A stretch of 64,000 bases of DNA from a bacterium. GTDB taxonomy: Bacteria > UBA8248. Each line of letters opens with the position of its first letter. The first letter of the stretch is position 1. The notes below the pieces were generated by a model. It saw only the letters and a list, made by a program, of their open reading frames with translations. It was not told where the DNA came from and made no database searches. The DNA is taken from NCBI GenBank assembly GCA_965202625.1, contig CBDBBI010000010.1, positions 928,001 through 992,000 of the forward strand. Direction: 5' to 3'. Both the position numbers and the translations under genes were made by a program. Shown here in pieces: positions 55,429 to 64,000 of the stretch.

Positions 55429-56262
55429 CTACAGTTCGCCTCTCTCGAACACGCTCCAATAGACGTCCATGGCTTTTCTGAACCCCAGGCGCTCAAACAC
55501 GCGCTCGGAGGACGCATTTCCCGCCACGACGTAGCAGTACGCCGCGCGTCCTCTGGCGAATTGCTTCTCCACCAGTGCGGACACCACCGCGCGCGCAAGC
55601 CCCTGGCCCCTGAACCGCGCCATCGTATGCAACATGCCGAGCGAGCCATTCGCGTGAACGACCATGTAGGAGGCGAGCGCGCCTCTGATTCGTATCGCCG
55701 CGGTGGGCGCATTCTGAATTCTCGCCAGGCTGTAGGCCCGCTCCTCTCCATAGGGTGAGTTTTGGACAAGCGTTTCCGCATCCCCATCTTTTAGCCGTTC
55801 TATCCGGTGAGAGGTGCCAACGGGATTGAAATCCCTCCTCTCCAGAACGAACATACCGACGGGCGACTCACGGATGACCTTTCTTCGTCTCCTCAGCGCT
55901 CCTTGCACTGCGGGCGCGACAGAGGCAAGTTTGAGATAATCCGCGCTTTCCTCCACTCGCTCCCCCGTACCCGCACAACCGCCTCCCGACGCGTGCTCAT
56001 CATGCCCGCCTCCCCCCCCCAGCCGCGCGGAGATTCGCTCCATCTCCTCAAGTCTTGAGAGAACAGCACCTGGACGTCCCAGCGGCGCGAGCCAACCGCT
56101 CGAGGCGTTTATCGCCATTCTGGGCATGATGAGGTCATCGACCCAGACGCAGGCCGACTCTCCCTGCTCGGCGATGGTCTCGGCAAAACGTATCCGAAGC
56201 GGTCCCTGGGCGCGCAAGAAATTCTCGAAATGCGTTCCGCCCGGGTTCTCCAATCGAAACAA
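55429..56262 (-). CDS. GNAT family acetyltransferase (C-terminal FR47-like domain)
   Basis: LGMLHTMARFRGQGLA, YVVAGNASSERVFERLGF. Confidence 0.8.
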   Translation of the reverse strand: MFRLENPGGTHFENFLRAQGPLRIRFAETIAEQGESACVWVDDLIMPRMAINASSGWLAPLGRPGAVLSRLEEMERISARLGGGGGHDEHASGGGCAGTGERVEESADYLKLASVAPAVQGALRRRRKVIRESPVGMFVLERRDFNPVGTSHRIERLKDGDAETLVQNSPYGEERAYSLARIQNAPTAAIRIRGALASYMVVHANGSLGMLHTMARFRGQGLARAVVSALVEKQFARGRAAYCYVVAGNASSERVFERLGFRKAMDVYWSVFERGEL

Positions 56263-56348
56263 TTTTCGTTAAACTCCCATCCCGGTGAAAACGTCGCCCT
56301 CTCAGAGAAATCATTATACCAGTTCATCTCCCCGAATGAGGAGAGAAG

Positions 56349-56735
56349 ATGAAAGAATATCGCATCATCACGATTCCGGGAGATGGAATCGGCCCCGGGC
56401 GCATGGAATCCGCCACGGCGGTACTCGAAGCCGTCCAGCAGGCGAGCGGGGCTTCTGGGCGGGGTTTTGGGAACGGGTCTCGACCTGTTCGCCAACATGC
56501 GGCCCGTCAATCTCTATCCAGGCGTTCGAAGTCCTCTGGCGGGATACGAACCCGGCGACATCGACTACGTCGTGATTCGCGAGAACATGGAAGGACTCTG
56601 CGCCTCGCGCGACGCATAGAGGCGAGCGTTTGGGATGCGCTCGAGACCGGAGATATCCGACTCGACAATCAAGGACGCGTCGCCGACGGCACCAGGGCGG
56701 TCACCGACGCGGTGTGCGCTCGGCTGAGGAAATGA
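56349..56735 (+). pseudogene. isocitrate/isopropylmalate dehydrogenase family, internally deleted
   Basis: [28 protein letters not shown] and GTRAVTDAV fragments in ~390 bp, about a third of the normal length, with frameshifts. Confidence 0.85.
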
Positions 56736-56746
56736 TCGACGAATCG

Positions 56747-57433
56747 CTACGAAAAACGCTCGCGCACCAGCACCCACGCGGCAAAGGCGCCATCGCGCCA
56801 GGTGATCTTCTTGCCCTCCGCATAGGTGCGCCCATAATAGGATATGGGCACCTCATAAATGCGCCATTTGCCGGGCTTGAGAATTTTCGCGGTGAGCTCA
56901 GGCTCGAAATCGAAACCATTGGCGCGAATCTCCAGGTCTTTTATCACCTCGCGCCGAAACATCTTGTAGCAAGTCTCCATATCGGTGAGCGTGCAGTTGA
57001 ACAGCAGATTGGCGAGAAGCGTCAGCATACAGTTTCCCAGCTTGTGCCAAAACATGTGCACGCGCTGGGGCTTCCCGCCGAAGCGCGTACCGTAGACCAC
57101 GTCAGCCACCCCCCGTTGGATGGGGGCGTATAAATCGCAGAATTCCGCGGGGTCGTACTCAAGGTCCGCATCCTGCACGACGAAGACGTCCCCGCTGGCC
57201 AACGCGAAGCCATCGCGCAAAGCGGCCCCCTTCCCCTCGTTTTTCTTCTTGTAAATGACGCGCACCCCGTCTTTTTCTATTTCGGCCAAAATATCCCGGG
57301 TGCCGTCCGTGCTGCCGTCATCGACAATGAGAAGCTCGATGTTCATCGGCACCGCCCTGACGCGGGAGACGATTTCGCGAATCGTGTCCCGCTCGTTGTA
57401 GCAGGGCATGATCACGCTCAGCATGTCCTCCAT
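56747..57433 (-). CDS. GT2 glycosyltransferase (DPM1/polyprenol-phosphate mannosyltransferase-like)
   Basis: SVIMPCYNE, VDDGSTDGT, GKGAA, QDADLEYDP, TDMETCYK, RTYAEGKKI. Confidence 0.92.
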   Translation of the reverse strand: MEDMLSVIMPCYNERDTIREIVSRVRAVPMNIELLIVDDGSTDGTRDILAEIEKDGVRVIYKKKNEGKGAALRDGFALASGDVFVVQDADLEYDPAEFCDLYAPIQRGVADVVYGTRFGGKPQRVHMFWHKLGNCMLTLLANLLFNCTLTDMETCYKMFRREVIKDLEIRANGFDFEPELTAKILKPGKWRIYEVPISYYGRTYAEGKKITWRDGAFAAWVLVRERFS

Positions 57434-57691
57434 CCGATCGTCGTCGCCCACCAGAGTTCTCCCCATCCGAAAGACAAGCGCGCAACTTCCCAACCTGACG
57501 CGCGCCAAAGCCTACACGCCCACCCTCGGAGCGGTCAAATTGCAGGGAATGACAACCCATAGAATCACGCTATTTTCTACGCCATTTGCAAATCATTGTA
57601 TCGGCCGCACAGGCGTTCAACGCCCCTGACGTTGGCGACAGGTCAAGGACCATAGTATGTTCGCAGGCCCTCTCAGAGATAAGGAGAACGC

Positions 57692-58090
57692 ATGAGCTGG
57701 TATATCAAGGCAATGAAAAAATACGCGGTGTTCAAAGGCAGAGCCAGACGCAAGGAATGCTGGTTTTTTCTCCTGTTCGACTGGATTTTCACTGCTATCC
57801 TGGTGTTGCTCGACGTGGGGATCGGCACTTGGGGCACCCAAATCGAAATAGGCGTTTTAAGCGGCATCTATATTGCTGGCTACCTTGCTTCCCGCATTCG
57901 CCTTGACGGTGCGACGGCTTCACGATACAGGGCGTAGTGCCTGGTGGCTCCTTTGGTGCTTCCTTATCATTTTGATCCCGATAGTCGGCAATATAGCCCC
58001 GGCATGGTGTTCATGCTCATCCTCATGGTGCGAGACAGCGAACCAGGCGCCAACAAATACGGTCCAAACCCAAAGAATGCAGCAACGTAA
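57692..58090 (+). pseudogene. DUF805 (YhaH-like) inner membrane protein, frameshifted
   Basis: MSWY...KYAVFKGRARRKE / LTVRRLHDTGRSAWW / RDSEPGANKYGPNP split across frames. Confidence 0.8.
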
Positions 58091-58264
58091 TCACAAGCAC
58101 CCTATGGTTCGCATTCTTGTTTCTCTCAGAGCAAGGGAAATCATATGATTTCCAGGTGATCCTGGTCTCGTTTTTTCAAAATCGAGGGGCTGCCCCGCTT
58201 GGCAAGTTTTTCACCGCGTGAGAATATCTCCCCCTCAAATGCTCTCGCTTCTCGAACGTCGGCC

Positions 58265-59413
58265 ATGTCCCGGAATAATTGGATGCCATCGCCCCTGCTT
58301 GAGAGAATGAAGACGCTGTGCTCCCTGCCCGGCCCGCCCGGACACGAGGGCGCAGTGAGAGACGCCATCACGCAAATGGTGAAGGGCAGCGCCAGCGCAC
58401 TGCGTCGCGACGCCATCGGAAACCTCATCGCCCGGCGCGAAGGGGGCGAGGGGGCGCCTCATCTCCTGCTGGAATGCCATATGGACGAAGTCGGCCTCAT
58501 CGTCACGAGCGTTGAGGCGGGCGGCGCGATTCGCTTCGAGAAGGTGGGCCTGGTGGCGGACGCGGTATTCCCCGGGCGTGAAGTTGCGCTCTTGACGCTG
58601 GACGGCCACCTGCACCAAGGCGTCGTCAACGTGCGAAGCGGGCACCTTCAAGCCTTGCAGGGACAAGAACGCCCCGGCGTCGATGCGATGTGGATAGACC
58701 TGGGCGCTCCGGATGGCGAGACGATTCGCGCCCTCGGCGTCGAGGCGGGCACTCCGGGCGTGTTCCACGGCCCCTTCGTCCAACTCTCCGGAGGCGGCTG
58801 GAAGTCAAAGGCGGTGGACAACCGCTCGGGCTGCGCCCTGTGCGTGGAGGCGTTCGTCAACGCGGACGGCGCCCTGTCGCGCAGCCTTCGCCTGAGCGCC
58901 GCCTTTTGCGTCCAGGAAGAAATCGGCGCGCGCGGCGCGTCTCTCCTCTCCCTGACAGACGAAAAAGAAGGCGACGCGCCCTCTCTCGCCATCGTGCTCG
59001 ACAACGTACCCGCTGACGGCCCGGGCCGATCGGACGCCCGCGGAGCGAAGCTCGGAGCGGGGCCCGTGCTGAGAAGATACGACCACCAGCCCATGAGCCT
59101 GTATGGATACGTTACGCCGCCCGAACTCATTCAGTGGGTGAAGGATACGGCGCGCGGCGCAGGCGTGCCCCTGCAAGAGGACGTCTTCGTGGGTACTTTT
59201 CTGGATTCCGCCGCCTTGGGCAAATCCCGGGCGGGAGGATTGCCCGTCGTGCCGATAAACCTGCCCAGGCGCTATTCCCACAGTCCGGTGGAGACGTTTC
59301 TGGAGACCGACCTGGAAGCCGCGGCCGCGCTCATAGACGCCCTTCTGCACTCCGCCGCCAAGGGCCAGGCGCCGAATCTGGGAGGAGACATCCTCCCGCC
59401 CGAGAGGGCGTGA
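58265..59413 (+). CDS. M42 family metallopeptidase
   Basis: CHMDEVG, KAVDNRSG, QEEIGARGA, LD, RYSHSPVE; metal ligands intact. Confidence 0.88.
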   Translation: MSRNNWMPSPLLERMKTLCSLPGPPGHEGAVRDAITQMVKGSASALRRDAIGNLIARREGGEGAPHLLLECHMDEVGLIVTSVEAGGAIRFEKVGLVADAVFPGREVALLTLDGHLHQGVVNVRSGHLQALQGQERPGVDAMWIDLGAPDGETIRALGVEAGTPGVFHGPFVQLSGGGWKSKAVDNRSGCALCVEAFVNADGALSRSLRLSAAFCVQEEIGARGASLLSLTDEKEGDAPSLAIVLDNVPADGPGRSDARGAKLGAGPVLRRYDHQPMSLYGYVTPPELIQWVKDTARGAGVPLQEDVFVGTFLDSAALGKSRAGGLPVVPINLPRRYSHSPVETFLETDLEAAAALIDALLHSAAKGQAPNLGGDILPPERA

Positions 59414-59451
59414 GCGCCCCGGCGGACTGCCTTTTTGAAGAGGTGAAACCC

Positions 59452-60303
59452 GTGTCAAGAAAGATTCGCGTAGCGCATAGCCCGGACTCAGACGACGCCT
59501 TCATGTTCTACGCCCTGGCGAATGGGAAGCTTGATTCGGGAGCGTATGAATTCGTCCATGAACTCCACGACATCGAAACGCTGAACCAGGCCGCCTTCGA
59601 GGGCAGGTACGAGGTGAGCGCCATCAGCTTCCACGCGTATTGCCATCTGGCGGATCGCTACGCCATTTTGCCGCATGGGGCGAGCTTCGGGGATGGTTAC
59701 GGGCCCGTCGTCATCTCGCGCGAACCCATGACGCCGGAGACGCTGCGGAGCGTGGAAATCGCGATTCCCGGCCTTCTGACGACGGCGTATCTCGCGCTGC
59801 GCCTCTATCTCGGGGGCGATGCGCCGAAACACCGCGTGGTGCATTTCGACCAAATCATGGACGAGGTGAAAAACGGGACGGCGCCGGCGGGACTCCTCAT
59901 TCATGAAGGCCAGCTCACCTATGAGGAGGAGGGTTTCCACCTTGTGGCGGACCTGGGGGCATGGTGGACGCGCGAAACCGGAGGTCCCCTCCCCCTGGGA
60001 TGCAACGTCATCCGAAAAGACCTCGGATCCGAAGTCGTGCGCGAGGTGAGCCGCCTGCTTGGGCAAAGCATCGTCTATGCGCTCGAGAACCGGAAGGAGG
60101 CGCTCGACCACGCCATGGCCTACGCCAGGGATCTCTCGCGCGAGAAGGCGGACGTTTTCGTCGGCATGTACGTGAACGAGTGGACGCGCGCATACGGCGA
60201 CGCCGGACGAAGGGCCGTCTCCAGGCTGCTCGGACGCGCCGCCGAGGCGGGCGTCATACCAGAAAGAATAGAGCCCGAGTTCGTATCCCCATCCATTGCC
60301 TGA
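59452..60303 (+). CDS. mqnD: 1,4-dihydroxy-6-naphthoate synthase (futalosine pathway, MqnA/MqnD family)
   Basis: AHSPDSDDAFMFYAL, DIETLN, GDGYGP, PGLLTTA, LIHEGQLTY, PLPLG, MYVN. Confidence 0.85.
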   Translation: MSRKIRVAHSPDSDDAFMFYALANGKLDSGAYEFVHELHDIETLNQAAFEGRYEVSAISFHAYCHLADRYAILPHGASFGDGYGPVVISREPMTPETLRSVEIAIPGLLTTAYLALRLYLGGDAPKHRVVHFDQIMDEVKNGTAPAGLLIHEGQLTYEEEGFHLVADLGAWWTRETGGPLPLGCNVIRKDLGSEVVREVSRLLGQSIVYALENRKEALDHAMAYARDLSREKADVFVGMYVNEWTRAYGDAGRRAVSRLLGRAAEAGVIPERIEPEFVSPSIA

Positions 60304-60322
60304 AAAAGGGTAAGGCGGATTG

Positions 60323-60481
60323 ATGCTGGAGGCAATGCGCCACGTATCCATCGCCGTTGAAAGCCTGGAAGAGGCGCGCGACTTTTACGCAAACCTGTTG
60401 AAACCTGTCGCGGAGGCCTTTATGTATGAGATTTTCTCAGACGATGCTTTGACGTTGCGAACAGGAGCAACCAAAAGGTGA
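60323..60481 (+). pseudogene. truncated VOC/methylmalonyl-CoA epimerase-like N-terminus
   Basis: MLEAMRHVSIAVESLEEARDFYANLL, then unrelated sequence; stop overlaps the ankyrin start. Confidence 0.6.
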
Positions 60482-61572
60482 GGAGATTTTTGAGGTTTTT
60501 TTCAGCGGCGTTTACGCTGTCGTTTGTCCTGACGGGCTGCGTTCCGTACCTTCCGGCGGCGCGGGTTCCGTACCCTACGGCGGCGCGGGTCTCATGCAGA
60601 TTGCACACTCCGTTCTTCTTCAAGCGCGCCTCGGCGGCGTCCGTTGCCCATTGTCTTGCACTCGGGGCGGACGTGAAGGCGCGCGACTTTTACGGAATGA
60701 CGCCCCTGCACAGGGCGGCGTGGCACAGCAATACGCCCGGTGTCGTGAGGGTGCTCCTGAGGGCCGGAGCGAACGTCAACGCGAAAGACAAGGACGGATG
60801 GACGCCCCTGCACTTCGCGGCGCGGTACAGCAATACGCCCGGTATCGTGAGGGTGCTCCTGAGGGCCGGAGCGAACGTCAACGCGAAAGACAAGGACGGA
60901 TGGACGCCGGGGGATTTAGTGATAAGAAACGCCGCCCTCAAGGGGATGGACGTCTATCGGCGGCTTAAGTGGAAGCGGGCGAGGCAACGGGAGCGGATAA
61001 AACAACGGGAGCGGGCGAGGCAACGGGAGCGGATAAAACAACGGGAGCGGGCGAGGCAACGGGAGCGGATAAAACAGCGGGAGCGGGCGAAGCAACGGGA
61101 ACGGGTGCGAAGCAACGGGAACGGGCGAAGCAGCGGGAGCAACGGGCGAAGCAGCGGGAAGCGGGCGAAGCAGCGGGAACGGGTGAAAGCAACGGGAGCG
61201 GGTGAAGCAACGGGAACGGGCGAAGCAACGGGAACGGGCGAAGCAGCGGGAACGGGTGAAGCAGCGGGAGCGGGCGAAGCAACGGGAACGGGCGAAGCAG
61301 CGGGAACGTGTGAAGCAGCGGGAACGTGTGAAGCAACGGGAGCGGGCGAAGCAGCGGGAACGTGTGAAGCGTGTGAAGCAGCGGGAGCGGGCGAAGCAAC
61401 GGGAGCGGGCGAAGCAGCGGGAACGGGTGAAGCAAGCGGGAGCGGGAACGTGTGAAGCAGCGGGCAGCGGGAGCGGGCGAAGCAGCCGGAGCAGCTTCCG
61501 CAGCAGCTTCTGCGGGGGTGGAAGCGGGGGCTTCAGGAGGAGCGTCAGGAGATAGAGGGAGATTTCGATTAA
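60478..61572 (+). CDS. ankyrin-repeat lipoprotein with low-complexity repeat tail (frame-disrupted as assembled; ORF stops at 61455)
   Basis: Lipobox LTGC, two TPLH ankyrin repeats plus caps, then a QRERAK repeat. C-terminal EQLPQQ...GDFD* (TAA 61570-61572) is in frame with the start. Confidence 0.75.
60974..61485 (+). repeat. 18-bp tandem repeat array (consensus approx. AAGCARCGGGARCGGGYG)
   Basis: Read directly; more than 25 degenerate units with small indels. Confidence 0.92.
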
Positions 61573-61736
61573 AGCAGTGAATCAGATAACGCGCGTCCCG
61601 AAAGGGGGGTGCCGCAGACGCCTTCGCGAACGCGATTTCCCATTCCGCCCGGCGGGGTTTGATGGCGCCGGCTCCTCGCAAGGAAAGCGGCGTCTTGTCG
61701 TTGCGACAACAACAAAACCAGGGAGGAACTAGAAAG

Positions 61737-63650
61737 ATGAAGAGATTCATGGGGACGTTTTCAGCGGCGCTTTTTCTTTTGCTCGCCCCTGCACCATCCA
61801 CGCCCGCTCTGGCGGCGCGGGTCTCATGCGGCTTTCTGACTCCGAACTTCTTCATACACGCCTCGGCGGCGGAAGTTGCCCGTTGTATTGCGGCCGGTGC
61901 GAACGTGAACGCGCGCTCCAAGGACGGAGATACGCCCCTGCACGCGGCGGCGGCGCAAAGCAAGACACCGGCGGTCGTGGCAGCGCTCGTGAAGGCTGGA
62001 GCGGACCTGAACGCGCGGTCCAAGAACGGAATAAAGCCCCTGCACTTGGCGGCGGCGCAAAGCAAAACGCCCGGTGTCGTAGCGGTGCTCCTGAAGGCCG
62101 GAGCGAAGGTGAACGCGAAAGACAAGTACGGAGATACGCCCCTGCACTGGGCGGCGTGGAACAGCAAGACGCCCGGTGTCGTGGCGGCGCTCGTGAAGGC
62201 CGGAGCGGACCTGAACGCGCGGGATGAGAATGGAATGACGCCCCTGCACCGGGCGGCGGCACACAGCAAAACGCCCGAAGTCGTGGCGACTTTGCTGAAG
62301 GCCGGTGCGGACGCGAACGCGCGGGATACTAAGTACGGAATGACGCCCCTGCACCGGGCGGCGGCACACAGCAAAACGCCCGAAGTCGTGGCGACTTTGC
62401 TGAAGGCCGGTGCGGACGCGAACGCGCGGGATACTAAGTACGGAATGACGCCCCTGCACCGGGCAGCGGTATTCAGCGAGACGCCCGGTATAGTGGCAGC
62501 GCTCGTGAAGGCCGGTGCGGACCTGAACGCGCGGGACAAGAACGGAGATACGCCCCTGCACGCGGCGGCGTGGAACAGCAAGACGCCCGGTGTCGTGGCC
62601 GCACTCGTGAAGGCCGGAGCGGACGCGAACGCGCGGGCCAAGAGGGGATTGACGCCCCTGCACGCGGCGGCGGCATTCAGCAAGACGCCCGGTGTCGTGG
62701 CCGCGCTCGTGAAGGCCGGAGCGGACGCGAACGCGCGGGACAAGGACGGATGGACGCCCCTGCACACGGCGGCGGTATTGAGCAAGACGCCCAGTGTCGT
62801 GGCAACGCTCGTAAAGGCCGGAGCGGACGCGAACGCGCGAGACAAGGACGGATGGACGCCCCTGCACCGGGCGGCGGCGAAAAGCAAGACGCCCAGTGTC
62901 GTGGCAACGCTCGTAAAGGCCGGAGCGGACGCGAACGCGCGAGACAAGAACGGATGGACGCCCCTGCACACGGCGGCGGTATTGAGCAAGACGCCCAGTG
63001 TCGTGGCAACGCTCGTAAAGGCCGGAGCGGACGCGAACGCGCGAGACAAGGACGGATGGACGCCCCTGCACCGGGCGGCGGCGAAAAGCAAGACGCCCAG
63101 TGTCGTGGCAACGCTCGTAAAGGCCGGAGCGGACGCGAACGCGCGAGACAAGAACGGATTGACGCCCCTGCACACGGCGGCGAAAAGCAAGACGCCCAGT
63201 GTCGTGGCAACGCTCGTGAAGGCCGGAGCGGACGCGAACGCGCGAGACAAGAACGGAGGGACGCCCCTGCACACGGCGGCGGCATTCAGCAAGACGCCCG
63301 GTGTCGTGGCCGCGCTCGTGAAGGCCGGAGCGGACCTGAACGCGCGAAATGAGGACGGATGGACGCCCCTGCACACGGCGGCGGCGAAAAGCAAGACGCC
63401 CGGTATAGTGGCCGCGCTCGTAAAGGCCGGAGCAGACGTGAACGCGCAGGATGAGGACGGAGTGACGCCCCTGCACGTGGCGGCGGTATTGAGCCAGACG
63501 CCCAGTGTCGTGGCATCTTTGCTGGACGCCGGAGCGAACCCGGCGGCAAAAGACAAAGCAGGCAAAACGCCATGGTATTACGCGAAAGAAAACGCCGCCC
63601 TCAAGGGAACGAAAGCCTATTGGCGGCTGAACGAGGGGCGCTTCAAATAA
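61737..63650 (+). CDS. secreted ankyrin-repeat protein, 16 internal ~34-aa repeats plus N- and C-caps
   Basis: RBS GGAGG; signal peptide MKRFMGTFSAALFLLLAPAPSTPALA; unit ARDxxGxTPLHxAAxxSKTPxVVAxLVKAGADxN. Confidence 0.95.
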   Translation: MKRFMGTFSAALFLLLAPAPSTPALAARVSCGFLTPNFFIHASAAEVARCIAAGANVNARSKDGDTPLHAAAAQSKTPAVVAALVKAGADLNARSKNGIKPLHLAAAQSKTPGVVAVLLKAGAKVNAKDKYGDTPLHWAAWNSKTPGVVAALVKAGADLNARDENGMTPLHRAAAHSKTPEVVATLLKAGADANARDTKYGMTPLHRAAAHSKTPEVVATLLKAGADANARDTKYGMTPLHRAAVFSETPGIVAALVKAGADLNARDKNGDTPLHAAAWNSKTPGVVAALVKAGADANARAKRGLTPLHAAAAFSKTPGVVAALVKAGADANARDKDGWTPLHTAAVLSKTPSVVATLVKAGADANARDKDGWTPLHRAAAKSKTPSVVATLVKAGADANARDKNGWTPLHTAAVLSKTPSVVATLVKAGADANARDKDGWTPLHRAAAKSKTPSVVATLVKAGADANARDKNGLTPLHTAAKSKTPSVVATLVKAGADANARDKNGGTPLHTAAAFSKTPGVVAALVKAGADLNARNEDGWTPLHTAAAKSKTPGIVAALVKAGADVNAQDEDGVTPLHVAAVLSQTPSVVASLLDAGANPAAKDKAGKTPWYYAKENAALKGTKAYWRLNEGRFK

Positions 63651-63721
63651 AGCGCGTCTTGCAAGGACGAGAGCGCCGCGGACGGCTTTGAGAACGCGAG
63701 GCCTATCCGTCTCATCCCGCC

Positions 63722-63752
63722 TTGACAAGCGAAGGGCGAAGAATGGCATAAT
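63722..63752 (+). promoter_or_regulatory. putative sigma70 promoter
   Basis: TTGACA, 19-nt spacer, TGG-CATAAT (extended -10), upstream of the TPR gene. Confidence 0.45.
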
Positions 63753-63797
63753 TTCACCGTGTCGCCGCCGTTCGACTGCAGAAGATGGGACTGAACG

Positions 63798-64000
63798 ATG
63801 AATGAATTTGCAGATGTGAACTTTGATGAGAAGTATAAAAAGGAGGCGCAGGTCAACCCCGACCTCAAGCGCGCTCTGGATCTCCTGAGCAAGGGCGGCC
63901 GCGCCCACACGAAAGGAGAACTGGACAAGGCCATCGAGCTGTATAGAAACTCCATCGCCTACTACCCCACCGCGGACGCCCACACCTATCTGGGCTGGAT
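63798..64000 (+). CDS. TPR protein, 3' end outside the window
   Basis: Manual translation MNEFADV...GELDKAIELYRNSIAYYPTADAHTYLGW. Confidence 0.8.
   Translation, partial: MNEFADVNFDEKYKKEAQVNPDLKRALDLLSKGGRAHTKGELDKAIELYRNSIAYYPTADAHTYLGW

Noticed and set aside
61453-61455. In-frame TGA in the ankyrin tail as Sec or readthrough
   Set aside because: It arises from the out-of-register GTG-AAG repeat unit and has no redox motif context.
60974-63548. Repeat arrays as a possible CRISPR array or DGR
   Set aside because: No unique spacers, cas genes or reverse transcriptase; unit lengths are multiples of 3 and protein-coding.
60965-63983. Very long antisense and alternate-frame ORFs (866 aa, 719 aa, 260 aa)
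   Set aside because: Shadows of the stop-poor GC-rich ankyrin repeats; no independent coding signal.

Overview
Bacterial chromosomal window, mostly housekeeping and catabolic genes. No rRNA, tRNA, CRISPR or intact mobile element was recognised. The left half (1-35 kb) is mostly minus-strand core genes (dusB, tsaD, ctpA, tkt, eno, nrdR, rpiB, dksA-like, rsfS, nadD, proB, obgE, rpmA, rplU, mnmA, leuA). The right half is mostly plus-strand (2-oxoacid dehydrogenase E1a/E1b/E2 plus a CitE-like lyase, an FAD oxidoreductase-cyclase cluster, two MFS transporters, M42 peptidase, mqnD, ankyrin genes). Main observations: (1) two split ORFs at 54669-55307 form one in-frame iodothyronine-deiodinase-like selenoprotein (FGAIT-UGA-PPF), with a bacterial SECIS-like hairpin 11 nt after the UGA; (2) an AT-rich spacer at ~35.1-35.4 kb holds clustered DnaA boxes at the point where gene orientation flips, making it a candidate oriC with no dnaA in the window; (3) two exported ankyrin proteins share N- and C-caps, one with 16 near-identical ~102-bp repeats whose variable residues assort combinatorially, the other with an 18-bp frame-slipping repeat tail, next to a truncated VOC gene; (4) many eroded pseudogenes with internal deletions. 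Ankyrin expansion plus erosion suggests a host-associated bacterium, possibly a marine sponge symbiont; this is inference only.
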